64,000 nt of DNA from Endomicrobiales bacterium (GTDB lineage Bacteria > Elusimicrobiota > Endomicrobiia > Endomicrobiales > JALOBY01): the NCBI GenBank assembly GCA_963796955.1, contig CAWCNJ010000008.1, positions 1 through 64,000 of the forward strand, written 5' to 3'. The translations under genes and the position numbers were made by a program. Of this stretch, positions 34,065 to 43,357 are shown one piece after another. How positions within the stretch are numbered: position 1 is the stretch's first letter; each line of letters begins with the position of its first letter. The notes beneath the pieces are model-generated. The model saw only the letters and a program-made list of their open reading frames with translations. It did no database searches and was not told where the DNA came from.

Positions 34065-34991
34065 ATGCGCAAGAAAGTATCGTTAAAACTAATCGTGATA
34101 ATGTTTCTCGCTTCACTAGCATATGCTGGTGTGCCGGGCTCTATCACGTATCAAGGCAGATTAAAAGAAGGCGGAAGCCCTGTAACAGCTACCCGCATAA
34201 TGAAGTTTTTGATATACAAAGATAGTAAGGCAAGTCCTGAGTGGGTCACCACACCAGATATGTCTGTAAATGTCAGCTCCGGTATTTTTTCTGTTGAGCT
34301 AACCCCGTCTGTAGACTGGACGACAGGAACAGACTGGTATTTGGAAACGATGATAGGTATAACAACCCCGGACAAAACCCTGAGCCCCAAAGAGAAGATA
34401 ACTTCACAATTCTTTGCACTCCATTCAAAATCCTCCGAAGATATGGAACAATCTACGGGCAACTCGATACACTTTGCCATAGGTGGAAGCACAATTGCGA
34501 CAATTACTTCAACAGGAAATTTTGGCCTAACCCCACCGGGAGTTGTCGTTGCATACATGGGCGTAACCATACCAAACGGCTGGCTGTCATGCGATGGGTC
34601 AACTGTTACTGTGACTCAATACCTGGGTTTATTTAATGCCATTGGTTACACATATGGGGGAAGTGGCGCCAGTTTTAGTGTTCCTAATCTAAATGGTATG
34701 TTCTTGAGGGGAAGGGCCACTGACACAACTAACGATCCTGATGGTCCAAGATCTTTAGGTTCGAATCAAATTGACACTTTTCAAGGACATCATCACTCAC
34801 CAGCAATGAGCGTAAATGCTAATACGACTGGTGTGGGACCGAGCTATACTTTGTCGACCGCTACAGGAGGTGGTCCATGGGCTGGAATTCCAGCCCTTGA
34901 TCCGAGTCCAGATTTTATTAATGGTTCACCACGTACTGGATCCGAAACTCGCCCAAAAAACATGGCTGTAAATTATATTATTAAATACTGA
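34065..34991 (+). CDS. Second secreted tail-collar/fibre-like paralogue
   Basis: Same architecture as 31935: AYA-GVPGSITYQGRLKEGGSPV, ITSQFFA, PNGWLSCDG, PNLNGMFLRG, GHHH, ETRPKNMAVNYIIKY. Confidence 0.8.
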   Translation: MRKKVSLKLIVIMFLASLAYAGVPGSITYQGRLKEGGSPVTATRIMKFLIYKDSKASPEWVTTPDMSVNVSSGIFSVELTPSVDWTTGTDWYLETMIGITTPDKTLSPKEKITSQFFALHSKSSEDMEQSTGNSIHFAIGGSTIATITSTGNFGLTPPGVVVAYMGVTIPNGWLSCDGSTVTVTQYLGLFNAIGYTYGGSGASFSVPNLNGMFLRGRATDTTNDPDGPRSLGSNQIDTFQGHHHSPAMSVNANTTGVGPSYTLSTATGGGPWAGIPALDPSPDFINGSPRTGSETRPKNMAVNYIIKY

Positions 34992-35039
34992 AATATTTTA
35001 CTATTTTATTGACACTAATCTTAAAGATAGGAGCAATTA

Positions 35040-35585
35040 ATGCCTTTCACTTTCAATACGCTTGTAGTACCAGACGTAATTGCGATTCAACCCAAAGTCT
35101 TCAGTGATGAACGCGGGTACTTCGCTGAGATATTTAAAAATACAGACTTTATAGCTGCTGGTATAACTAAACCATTTGTCCAGATCAATCAGTCAAAATC
35201 TTCTAATGGTGTTATCAGGGGCTTGCATTTTCAGAAGGCTCCTAAAGCACAAGGGAAACTTGTTCGTGCGCTTAGCGGTGTTATATTTGATGTGGCTGTT
35301 GACATTCGCAAGGCTTCAGCGACATATGGTAAATGGGTCGGTATTGAATTAAGTTCTGAAACTAAAAACATGGTCTACGTGCCTGAAGGCTTTGCTCATG
35401 GTTTTTCTGTTCTCTCAGAAACGGCTGAAATTGAGTACTTCTGTACTAATGTTTACGCCCCGGAATGTGAGGTTGGTATAGCCTATAACGACCCTGTTCT
35501 GAATATTGATTGGAAGGTAAAAACGGCGATCGTTTCAGCCCGTGACCAGTCCCACAAAAAACTTTCAGAAATATTGACATTTTAA
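35040..35585 (+). CDS. rmlC: dTDP-4-dehydrorhamnose 3,5-epimerase
   Basis: DERGYF, FVQINQS, RGLHFQ, QGKLVR, DVAVDIR, GFAHGF. Confidence 0.95.
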   Translation: MPFTFNTLVVPDVIAIQPKVFSDERGYFAEIFKNTDFIAAGITKPFVQINQSKSSNGVIRGLHFQKAPKAQGKLVRALSGVIFDVAVDIRKASATYGKWVGIELSSETKNMVYVPEGFAHGFSVLSETAEIEYFCTNVYAPECEVGIAYNDPVLNIDWKVKTAIVSARDQSHKKLSEILTF

Positions 35586-35602
35586 GTCCATTTAGCTAAA
35601 CT
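35574..35602 (+). promoter_or_regulatory. Putative internal sigma70 promoter
   Basis: TTGACA (35574-35579), 17 bp, TAAACT (35597-35602), upstream of the peptidase/regulator/CDP-sugar block. Confidence 0.55.
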
Positions 35603-35660
35603 GTTCAATAAGTGAACGGAGTCGTTGGCTTACCTTAACCTAAGTCGTTTAGGAGCGTTT

Positions 35661-36407
35661 GTGTTAAAAAGACCATATGGTTGGCAACCCGATTTCCCTG
35701 ATCAGAGAGATTTTCTGTTTTCAGAGATAGTGAAAATCTCAAAGGTTTTGCCAGAGTTGGTGGATTTGAGAAGAGAATGTTCAGCTGTTGAAGACCAGGG
35801 TCAACTAGGCAGCTGCACTGCCAACGCCCTTGCCGGCGCGCTGGAATTCCTGGAAAACCAGGAAAAGACAGCTTTTGTGGACAAAAGTCGCCTATTCATT
35901 TATTATAACGAACGTGCCATAGAGCATAAAGTTAGCTCTGATTCCGGCGCAATGATACGCGACGGTATAAAAACCCTTGCAACATTTGGGTGCTGTTCAG
36001 AAACCCTGTGGCCCTACAATATTTTGACATTTACTAATAAACCAACCGCCAAGTGTTACACTCAAGCAAAAGATCATAAAATTAATTCATACCACAGAAT
36101 ATGTTCGCTGGACGAGATGAAGGCGTGTCTCGCCTCCGGCTTCCCTTTTGTATTTGGTTTCACGGTTTATGAGAGTTTTGAATCCCAAACTGTTGCCAAA
36201 ACCGGCAAAGTAAATATGCCAAAAAGTTCTGAGCGTGCCATAGGCGGCCACGCAGTAATGGCGGTAGGCTATAATGAAAAACAAAAACGCTTTATAGTCC
36301 GCAATTCCTGGGGACCCAACTGGGGAATAGACGGCTATTTCACAATGCCTTACGCATACCTTGACAGCCGCAACCTCTCCGACGACTTTTGGACAATAAG
36401 GAAATAA
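35661..36407 (+). CDS. Papain-like C1 family cysteine peptidase
   Basis: DQGQLGSCTANA (catalytic Cys), GGHAV (His), VRNSWG (Asn); YGWQPDFPDQRD N-terminus. GTG 35661 with AGGAG RBS preferred over TTG 35625. Confidence 0.9.
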   Translation: MLKRPYGWQPDFPDQRDFLFSEIVKISKVLPELVDLRRECSAVEDQGQLGSCTANALAGALEFLENQEKTAFVDKSRLFIYYNERAIEHKVSSDSGAMIRDGIKTLATFGCCSETLWPYNILTFTNKPTAKCYTQAKDHKINSYHRICSLDEMKACLASGFPFVFGFTVYESFESQTVAKTGKVNMPKSSERAIGGHAVMAVGYNEKQKRFIVRNSWGPNWGIDGYFTMPYAYLDSRNLSDDFWTIRK

Positions 36408-36408
36408 A

Positions 36409-36930
36409 GTGGAAGTTACTGAGAAAGAGTTTGCAGTTATACAGGAAATTCATAAAAACGAGATGCCGGATCAGCGCACTATTGCGCATAAAACCGGCAT
36501 TTCTCTAGGTATGACGAATTTGATCATTCAGCGTCTTATCGAGCGCGGATACATAAAAGCCCGCCAGTTGAACCGTAAAAAGATACAGTATATTCTTACC
36601 CCGGAAGGCTTCGCCGAGAAAGCCCGTAAATCCTATGCCTTTACCCTTAAAACCGTCAATCATTTAAGAACTATCAAACATATCCTTCATGAAGTAATAG
36701 AAGCAGGTATACGGGACGGCTACACCACATTTTCATTCTCAGGAAATAGTGAAGTAAATGAGCTTGCGGAGCTTATTGCGATGCGGCTGAAATCAAAAAA
36801 CATACAATTCAGATTTGATAAAGAAACAAATATTAATGCCGATTCGTCGAGTCTGATCATGGAATCAACTGACAATAGAAAAAACGAAATTGATCTTATG
36901 ACCTATCTGTCAGAGCAGGGGATTGCTTAG
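36409..36930 (+). CDS. MarR-like winged-HTH regulator (EPS-locus-associated type)
   Basis: QRTIAHKTGISLGMTNLIIQRLIERGYIK..YILTPEGFAEK. Confidence 0.8.
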   Translation: MEVTEKEFAVIQEIHKNEMPDQRTIAHKTGISLGMTNLIIQRLIERGYIKARQLNRKKIQYILTPEGFAEKARKSYAFTLKTVNHLRTIKHILHEVIEAGIRDGYTTFSFSGNSEVNELAELIAMRLKSKNIQFRFDKETNINADSSSLIMESTDNRKNEIDLMTYLSEQGIA

Positions 36931-36946
36931 TAAAAAGGATACGCAA

Positions 36947-37723
36947 ATGAAAGTCGTAATTCTTGCAGGTGGAATGGGAACAAGGATCAGTGAAGAAACA
37001 AGTGTTATCCCAAAGCCTATGATAGAGATAGGCGGCAAGCCGATCCTGTGGCACATTCTTAAGATCTATTCACACTATGGCTTCAACGATTTCGTAATTT
37101 GTCTGGGCTATAAGTCGTATGTTGTCAAAGAATATTTCTCTCATTATTTCCTTCATATGAGCGATGTAACTATTGATATGGCAAACAATCAAACTGAGAT
37201 CCATTCTTCCGCTTCTGAGCCCTGGAAGATAACTTTGGTTGATACCGGCAATGAAACAATGACAGGCGGCAGGATCAAAAGAATACAAAAATACCTGAAC
37301 AATGAGCCTTTCATGCTCACCTATGGTGACGGCGTAGCTGATGTAAATATAAAAGATCTGGTAGCAAAACATACAAATTCAAAAAAACTTGCGACATTGA
37401 CGACCGTAAAGGACGCTGGAAGGTTTGGCGTTATTGATATCGGTGTGGACGATTCCGTAAGGTCTTTCCTTGAAAAACCGGTAAGCGAAGGCTCATCCAT
37501 AAATGCTGGGTTCTTCGTGCTTGAGCCTAAAGTGCTCGATTATATCGACCAGGGAGATTCCTCGATCTGGGAGAGAAAACCTCTTGAAAAGCTCGCGAAG
37601 GACGGACAATTGAATGCCTACAGGCACACAGGGTTCTGGAAGCCTATGGATACCCTTAGGGACAAGGTTGAACTCGAAAAACTATGGCAGAATAATAACG
37701 CCCCATGGAAGGTATGGAAATGA
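36947..37723 (+). CDS. rfbF: Glucose-1-phosphate cytidylyltransferase
   Basis: MKVVILAGGMGTRISEET..PKPMIEIGGKPILWH, TMTGGRIKR, LTYGDG, GFWKPMDTLRD, APWKVW. Confidence 0.95.
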   Translation: MKVVILAGGMGTRISEETSVIPKPMIEIGGKPILWHILKIYSHYGFNDFVICLGYKSYVVKEYFSHYFLHMSDVTIDMANNQTEIHSSASEPWKITLVDTGNETMTGGRIKRIQKYLNNEPFMLTYGDGVADVNIKDLVAKHTNSKKLATLTTVKDAGRFGVIDIGVDDSVRSFLEKPVSEGSSINAGFFVLEPKVLDYIDQGDSSIWERKPLEKLAKDGQLNAYRHTGFWKPMDTLRDKVELEKLWQNNNAPWKVWK

Positions 37724-38697
37724 ACAGGTTCTGGAAAAACAAAAGCGTTTTGATCACCGGCGGTGAAGGTTTCCTTGGAAGCAACCTTACAAGAAGGATG
37801 ATCGGTCTCGGAGCAAAAGTTGTCGTTATTGACCCTCTGGTTAAGCGTAAACAGACATTGTTTACTAAAGATGACTACAGTAAATTTACATCGGTCAAGG
37901 GGTCAGTGGCAAATTACGAACTAATCAGCAAAGTGCTGAAAAATAACCGAGTCGAGTATGTTTTTCATCTTGGCGCTGAGGCCATTGTCGGCAAATGTAA
38001 TGCTGACCCGCTGGGATGTTTTTCTTCAAATATTGAAGGTACCTGGAAGCTGCTCGAGGCCTGCAGGCAATATGGGAAAGTCAAGTCTATTGTCGTAGCC
38101 TCCAGCGATAAAGCCTATGGCAGTCATAAGGTCCTTCCTTATAAGGAAGAAGCCCCGTTGATAGGCAATCATCCGTATGATGTTTCTAAGAGCTGCGCGG
38201 ACTTGATATGTTATACATATTTTCATACATACGGCCTTCCTGTCTCAGTTACCCGGTGCGGCAATATTTACGGGCCCGGTGACTTCAATTTTTCCAGAAT
38301 AGTACCCGATGCGATTAGGTGTGCCATAACCGGCGGAACACTTTCGATCCGGAGCGACGGAAAATTTACTCGCGATTACGTTTACGTTGATGATATTGTT
38401 AATGGGTACATATTGATCGCTGAGCAAATGCTAAGTAAGAAACTTGCCGGCGAAGCTTTCAATTTTAGTGATGAAAACCCTATTACTGTGTTGGAATTTG
38501 TTAACAGGATATTTAAAGCTGCTGGCAGTGTTCCTGCGTACAAAGTCCTCAATACTGCCAAATATGAGATCAAGCACCAATATCTTGCTTCTGGAAAGGC
38601 CAGGAAGATACTTGGGTGGAAACCGGGAAACTCTTTGAAAACCGGTGTCAAGAACACGATTTCCTGGTATAAAACATATCTTAGCAGAGGGAAATAA
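37720..38697 (+). CDS. rfbG: CDP-glucose 4,6-dehydratase-like SDR
   Basis: FWKNKSVLITGGEGFLG, ASSDKAYG, PYDVSKSCAD, RCGNIYGPGD; ATGA-coupled to rfbF. Confidence 0.75.
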   Translation: MNRFWKNKSVLITGGEGFLGSNLTRRMIGLGAKVVVIDPLVKRKQTLFTKDDYSKFTSVKGSVANYELISKVLKNNRVEYVFHLGAEAIVGKCNADPLGCFSSNIEGTWKLLEACRQYGKVKSIVVASSDKAYGSHKVLPYKEEAPLIGNHPYDVSKSCADLICYTYFHTYGLPVSVTRCGNIYGPGDFNFSRIVPDAIRCAITGGTLSIRSDGKFTRDYVYVDDIVNGYILIAEQMLSKKLAGEAFNFSDENPITVLEFVNRIFKAAGSVPAYKVLNTAKYEIKHQYLASGKARKILGWKPGNSLKTGVKNTISWYKTYLSRGK

Positions 38698-39626
38698 TGG
38701 CTTTTATAAGCGTTGTCACACCTTGCTATAACGAAGAGGCAAATGTTGCCGGCCTTTACAAAGCTGTTAAGTCTGTATTCTCAGAACTTGAGGGTCTGAC
38801 TTATGAACATATCTTTATAGACAACTCCTCACGGGATAATACGGTACGTATCCTCAAAGATATTGCTAAAACCGATAAAACGTTGAAGATCATTGTAAAT
38901 TCTAGGAATTTTGGCCATATTCGGTCGCCTTACTACGCTCTTTTACAGGCCAATGGCGACGCTGCTGTACTTTTAGCATCTGATTTTCAAGACCCACCGG
39001 AACTTATTAAAGACTTTATCAAAAAATGGCAGGAAGGTTTCAGGATAGTAATTGGAGTTAAACATAAGAGCGAAGAAAACAAACTTATGTTCGCAGCGCG
39101 AAAGATCTATTATCATCTGATCTCCAGGATCTCTGATACCGAGCAGGTCAAAAATTTCACAGGTTTCGGTTTATACGATAAAAGTTTCGTAGATGTGTTG
39201 AAAAAGCTGGATGAACCATATCCATATTTCAGGGGATTGATCGCGGAATTGGGCCCGGAGCGAGCTGAGATCGAATTTACGCAGCCGAAAAGAAAAGTTG
39301 GCAAGACAAAGAATAATTTCTACACTCTTTATGATATCGCCATGCTAGGGTTGGTAAGTTACTCAAAACTTCCCTTGCGTATTGCAACATTCGTAGGATT
39401 CATTTCTTCTTTTATAAGTATTGGTGTGGCTTTTATATATCTTATTTACAAAATTTTATTTTGGAATCGATTTTCCGCTGGGTCCGCTCCCATCGCTATT
39501 GGGTTGTTCTTCTTCGCTTCGGTACAATTATTCTTCGTAGGCATTCTGGGGGAATACATCGGTGCGATCTATACACAAGTCAAGAACAGGCCATTGGTAG
39601 TAGAAAAAGAGCGAATTAATTTCTAA
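38697..39626 (+). CDS. GT2 polyprenyl-phosphate glycosyltransferase (GtrB/ArnC-like)
   Basis: VTPCYNEE, IDNSSRD, SRNFG, SDFQDPPELI, two C-terminal TMs, GEYIGAIY..RP. Confidence 0.85.
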   Translation: MAFISVVTPCYNEEANVAGLYKAVKSVFSELEGLTYEHIFIDNSSRDNTVRILKDIAKTDKTLKIIVNSRNFGHIRSPYYALLQANGDAAVLLASDFQDPPELIKDFIKKWQEGFRIVIGVKHKSEENKLMFAARKIYYHLISRISDTEQVKNFTGFGLYDKSFVDVLKKLDEPYPYFRGLIAELGPERAEIEFTQPKRKVGKTKNNFYTLYDIAMLGLVSYSKLPLRIATFVGFISSFISIGVAFIYLIYKILFWNRFSAGSAPIAIGLFFFASVQLFFVGILGEYIGAIYTQVKNRPLVVEKERINF

Positions 39627-39650
39627 ATTATTATTCGAGGGCAAAAGACC

Positions 39651-41456
39651 ATGAAAATTAGAGTTGCTGATTACATTACGCAAAAACTTCACGAAGCCGG
39701 TGCCGATTATGTGTTCATGATCACCGGCGGTATGATAATGCATTTGACGGATGCTCTTACTAAGAACAAGAAAATGAAATATATTTGCTTCCAGCATGAG
39801 CAGGCCGCCGCTATGGCTGCCGACGCATACGGGCGTTATACCGGCAAACTTGGGGTTGCCTATGTAACCGCGGGGCCGGGTGTTTTAAACACCATAACAG
39901 GCGTCGTTGGCGCTTATGTTGATTCGGCCCCATGCATTATCGTTGGCGGCCAATCTAAAGTTTCGCTGGCGAAAGTTGTCGGCCCAAGACAGTTCCCGTT
40001 ACAGGGTTACAATAATATACCTATATTCAAACATATCACTAAATACGCCGTAATGCTCGATGATCTGTCCAGAGTGAGGTATGAAGTAGAGAAATGCATC
40101 CACATAGCGCAACAGCCCAGGGTTGGCCCAGTCTATCTTGAATGCCCGGTAGATATACAGGGCGCGACCTTTGACCCTGATGAATGTGCCGGCTATGTGC
40201 CGCAAAACGATAAAGAGGCGGTAAATAAAAAGGCTTTGAACAAGCAGATAACAGCGGTTAAACAGGCTCTTCTAAATAGCCGGCGGCCATTGATCCTTGC
40301 TGGAGCAGGGGTCAGGCTTTCAGGTTGTATCGGCCAACTGCACAAATTTATCGAAAAAACTAACATTCCAATTGTCACATCCCGCCTAGGCATGGACCTT
40401 ATTGGACATGATCACCGTCTTTTTGTCGGAAGACCCGGCACCTACGGCGATCGCGCTGCCAATTTCGCCGTGCAGAAATGCGATCTTCTAATAGTTCTCG
40501 GCTGCAGAATGGGCATAGGGCTTGTTGGTTATGATTTCCAGAATTTTGCTCAATCTGCAAAAAAAGTTATGGTAGATGTTGACGAGGAAGAATTGAAAAA
40601 GCCTTCAGTTGTGCCTGATATAGCTATAAAGGCCGATGCCGGCGAATTCCTTGGTAAGTTGTCTGAACAGCTGAACGGTTACCGTAATAACAATACGCCA
40701 TGGGTCGAGAAAACTCAATATTGGAAGGAACATTACCCTGTAGACTTGCCGGAATACGCAAAAGAAAAACACGGTATCAACTCCTATCATTTTACCCGGG
40801 TATTCTCGGAAAGTATGCCCAAAGATAGTTTGTTCGTTGTTGACACCGGCTCGTGCTTCCACGTGTATGCCCAGGCATTTAAAGTAAAATATGGGCAGCG
40901 GCACATAATTACGGGCGGCCTTTCGACGATGGGCTATGTACCGGCGGTTATCGGTGTTGCGGCAATCGACAGAAAGAAAGATGTTTATTGCATAACTGGC
41001 GACGGTTCCGTACAGATGAATCTACAGGAACTACAGACTATAATCTACAACAAACTGCCCGTTAAGCTCATTATTTTCAATAACAATGGTTATTTGTTAA
41101 TACGTCATACCCAAATAAACTTCTGTGACGGCAGGCTTATCGGTGAAAGCCCGGAAACTGGTGTTGGTTTCCCTGATATGAAAAAGATAGCGGGCGCGTA
41201 TGGAATTAAATATATGCGAATAGCAAAGGCCTCTGAAATGGATGGCAAGATCAAGGAACTTAAGAAGATAAAAGGCCCCGTGATCTGCGAAGTAATGACA
41301 CCGAAAAACCAATTCCTTATTCCCAGGGTCGCTTCAAAGAAACTTGAAGATGGCCGGATGGTCTCAATGCCTTACGACGATATGTTCCCATTCATGCCCA
41401 GGGAAGAGTATCAAAGCAACCAAATACAGGATCAAGAGAACAAAAAAAATGGCTAA
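39651..41456 (+). CDS. ThDP-dependent acetolactate-synthase-like carboligase (YerE-like)
   Basis: HEQAAAMAADAY, TAGPG, GGLSTMGY, GDGSVQMNLQEL..NNGY ThDP motif; no small regulatory subunit adjacent; sits in a sugar locus. Confidence 0.85.
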   Translation: MKIRVADYITQKLHEAGADYVFMITGGMIMHLTDALTKNKKMKYICFQHEQAAAMAADAYGRYTGKLGVAYVTAGPGVLNTITGVVGAYVDSAPCIIVGGQSKVSLAKVVGPRQFPLQGYNNIPIFKHITKYAVMLDDLSRVRYEVEKCIHIAQQPRVGPVYLECPVDIQGATFDPDECAGYVPQNDKEAVNKKALNKQITAVKQALLNSRRPLILAGAGVRLSGCIGQLHKFIEKTNIPIVTSRLGMDLIGHDHRLFVGRPGTYGDRAANFAVQKCDLLIVLGCRMGIGLVGYDFQNFAQSAKKVMVDVDEEELKKPSVVPDIAIKADAGEFLGKLSEQLNGYRNNNTPWVEKTQYWKEHYPVDLPEYAKEKHGINSYHFTRVFSESMPKDSLFVVDTGSCFHVYAQAFKVKYGQRHIITGGLSTMGYVPAVIGVAAIDRKKDVYCITGDGSVQMNLQELQTIIYNKLPVKLIIFNNNGYLLIRHTQINFCDGRLIGESPETGVGFPDMKKIAGAYGIKYMRIAKASEMDGKIKELKKIKGPVICEVMTPKNQFLIPRVASKKLEDGRMVSMPYDDMFPFMPREEYQSNQIQDQENKKNG

Positions 41457-42333
41457 TAAAAAAATGAAGGTGGCAATACTTGGCAGCGGGTTGATAGGCA
41501 CCGACTTGTTGATAAAGATCCGGAGGTCAAAATACCTTGATTGTACGCTTTTTGTTGGCCGGAACCTGCAGTCCCAGGGGATGTCGAAGGCCGTGAGCCT
41601 TGGAGTGCCGGTATCTGACAGGAGTATCGAAGCTATTTCTGATAACCCGGAGAATTGCGAGCTGGTTTTCGACGCTACATCGGCGCATTTTCATCAAATC
41701 CACGCCCCGATCTTGAAAAAACTCGGGATAATGGCGATAGACATGACGCCGGCCCAGGTTGGCAGTATGTGTATACCAGCCGTTAACCTGCAAGAATGCC
41801 TCGGAAAAGATAATGTCAACATGGTAACCTGCGGCGGTCAGGCTTCAACCCCGATAGCATACGCGATAGGCCAGGTTCATAAAGATGTTGAGTATATAGA
41901 GGTAATTTCAACTATCGCTTCACGCAGCGCCGGGCCTGCCACGCGCGCGAACCTTGATGAGTATATTGAGACGACTGAGAGAGCCGTTAAAACTTTTTCC
42001 GGCGCCAGGAAGACAAAAGCGGTTCTGGTTTTAAATCCCGCTCAACCATGCATCAATATGCAGACAACCGTCTTCGCAAAAATAGCCAACCCCAAGATGG
42101 ATCAAATAAGCGCTGCCGTTAATGATATTGTGAAAAGAATACAAAAATATGTACCGGGCTATAATCTGGAAATCCCGCCGACCTTTGAGAACAACAGGGT
42201 AATAACAATGGTTCGCGTCCAGGGTATAGGAGACTATTTGCCCAGTTACGCGGGGAACCTTGACATAATTAACTGCGCGGCAGTCGCGACTGCTGAAGAG
42301 TACGCAAAATTAAAATACGGTATAAAAGATTAG
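41449..42333 (+). CDS. Acetaldehyde dehydrogenase (acylating), DmpF/MhpF family
   Basis: GSGLIGTDLL, FDATSA, DMTPA, NMVTCGGQAS, SAGPATRANLDEY, YAGNLDI; start set to ATG 41449. Confidence 0.93.
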   Translation: MANKKMKVAILGSGLIGTDLLIKIRRSKYLDCTLFVGRNLQSQGMSKAVSLGVPVSDRSIEAISDNPENCELVFDATSAHFHQIHAPILKKLGIMAIDMTPAQVGSMCIPAVNLQECLGKDNVNMVTCGGQASTPIAYAIGQVHKDVEYIEVISTIASRSAGPATRANLDEYIETTERAVKTFSGARKTKAVLVLNPAQPCINMQTTVFAKIANPKMDQISAAVNDIVKRIQKYVPGYNLEIPPTFENNRVITMVRVQGIGDYLPSYAGNLDIINCAAVATAEEYAKLKYGIKD

Positions 42334-42346
42334 CAGAGGGGCCTTA

Positions 42347-43357
42347 ATGAAAAATATTCTTATCACTGATCCGACATTAAGAGATGGTTCTCACGCTGTA
42401 GGGCATCAGCTTAGCGCGGCCCAGATAGCCACTTATTGTAAAGCCGCGGAAGCAGCCGGTATCCCGATAGTTGAGGTCGGACATGGCAATGGCCTCGGGG
42501 CGTCGTCCCTTCAGGTAGGCTTAAGCCTTATCGATGACGCACAGATGCTGAAAGTAGCGAGAGAAAACCTGAAAAAGAGCAAGCTCGAGATCTTTGTTAT
42601 TCCGGGCTTTGCGACTATAAACAAAGATTTAGAACCGGCGCTGGAGGCCGGTGTTGATGCGGTACGGGTTGCCTCTCATTGTACGGAGGCCGACCTGACC
42701 GAACGCCATATCAGTTTTGTGAGGAAAAAGGGGAAGCTCGCTTACGGGTGTCTGATGATGACACACATGGCTTCCAAAGAAACCCTTCTGGAAGAAGCAC
42801 GCAAAATGGAATCATACGGCGCTCAGGGTGTGATATTAATGGATTCAGCTGGCGCCTACCTGCCGATGGATGTACGGGAAAAAGTGGGTATACTCGCCGA
42901 AAACCTGAACATCCCTGTTGGCTTTCACGCGCACAATAATCTTAGTATGGCTGTTGCCAATTCAATAACGGCCGTAGAAGCCGGGGCTTCGATCCTGGAC
43001 GGTACAGCCAAAGGATTCGGCGCCGGAGCGGGTAATACCCCTATAGAGATCATGGTGGCTGTTCTGGGGAAGTTAGGCTACTCTACCGGCATAGACCTTT
43101 ATAAGATCCTTGATGCCAGTGATATCGCGGAAAAGGAACTGATGAAGATCCTCCCCAGTATTAAATCTGTCAGCGTAGTCAGCGGCCTTGCTGGAGTTTT
43201 TTCCGGCTTTTCCAAGCATGTCGAACGAGTTGCAAACGAATATAAACTTGATCCAAGAGACATTTTCTTTGAGCTTGGCAAACGAAAAGTTGTCGGTGGC
43301 CAGGAAGATATTATCGTTGAAGTAGCTATACAATTATCCCAAAAAGGGAGAAAATAA
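42347..43357 (+). CDS. 4-hydroxy-2-oxovalerate aldolase, DmpG/MhpE family
   Basis: DPTLRDGSH, EVGHGNGLG, HCTEAD, DSAG, GFHAHNNL, GAGAGN, VGGQED. Confidence 0.93.
   Translation: MKNILITDPTLRDGSHAVGHQLSAAQIATYCKAAEAAGIPIVEVGHGNGLGASSLQVGLSLIDDAQMLKVARENLKKSKLEIFVIPGFATINKDLEPALEAGVDAVRVASHCTEADLTERHISFVRKKGKLAYGCLMMTHMASKETLLEEARKMESYGAQGVILMDSAGAYLPMDVREKVGILAENLNIPVGFHAHNNLSMAVANSITAVEAGASILDGTAKGFGAGAGNTPIEIMVAVLGKLGYSTGIDLYKILDASDIAEKELMKILPSIKSVSVVSGLAGVFSGFSKHVERVANEYKLDPRDIFFELGKRKVVGGQEDIIVEVAIQLSQKGRK

Noticed and set aside
31935..34991. Prophage, tailocin or diversity-generating retroelement around the tail-collar genes
   Set aside because: No capsid, sheath, baseplate, integrase or reverse transcriptase in the window. 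The paralogues differ at all base types rather than only at adenines, and both carry signal peptides.
35009..35014. TTGACA upstream of rmlC as a promoter
   Set aside because: No acceptable -10 hexamer at 16-18 bp spacing.
36260..36267. ops-like GGCGGTAG (RfaH/JUMPstart)
   Set aside because: Lies inside the peptidase CDS encoding the conserved MAVG and lacks the rest of the ops consensus.
39651..41456. Branched-chain amino acid ilvB
   Set aside because: No ilvN, ilvC or ilvD adjacent; the context fits a YerE-like sugar carboligase.
41449..43357. Aromatic meta-cleavage pathway (dmpFG/mhpFE)
   Set aside because: No dioxygenase, hydrolase or hydratase nearby; the genes are coupled to sugar-nucleotide enzymes.
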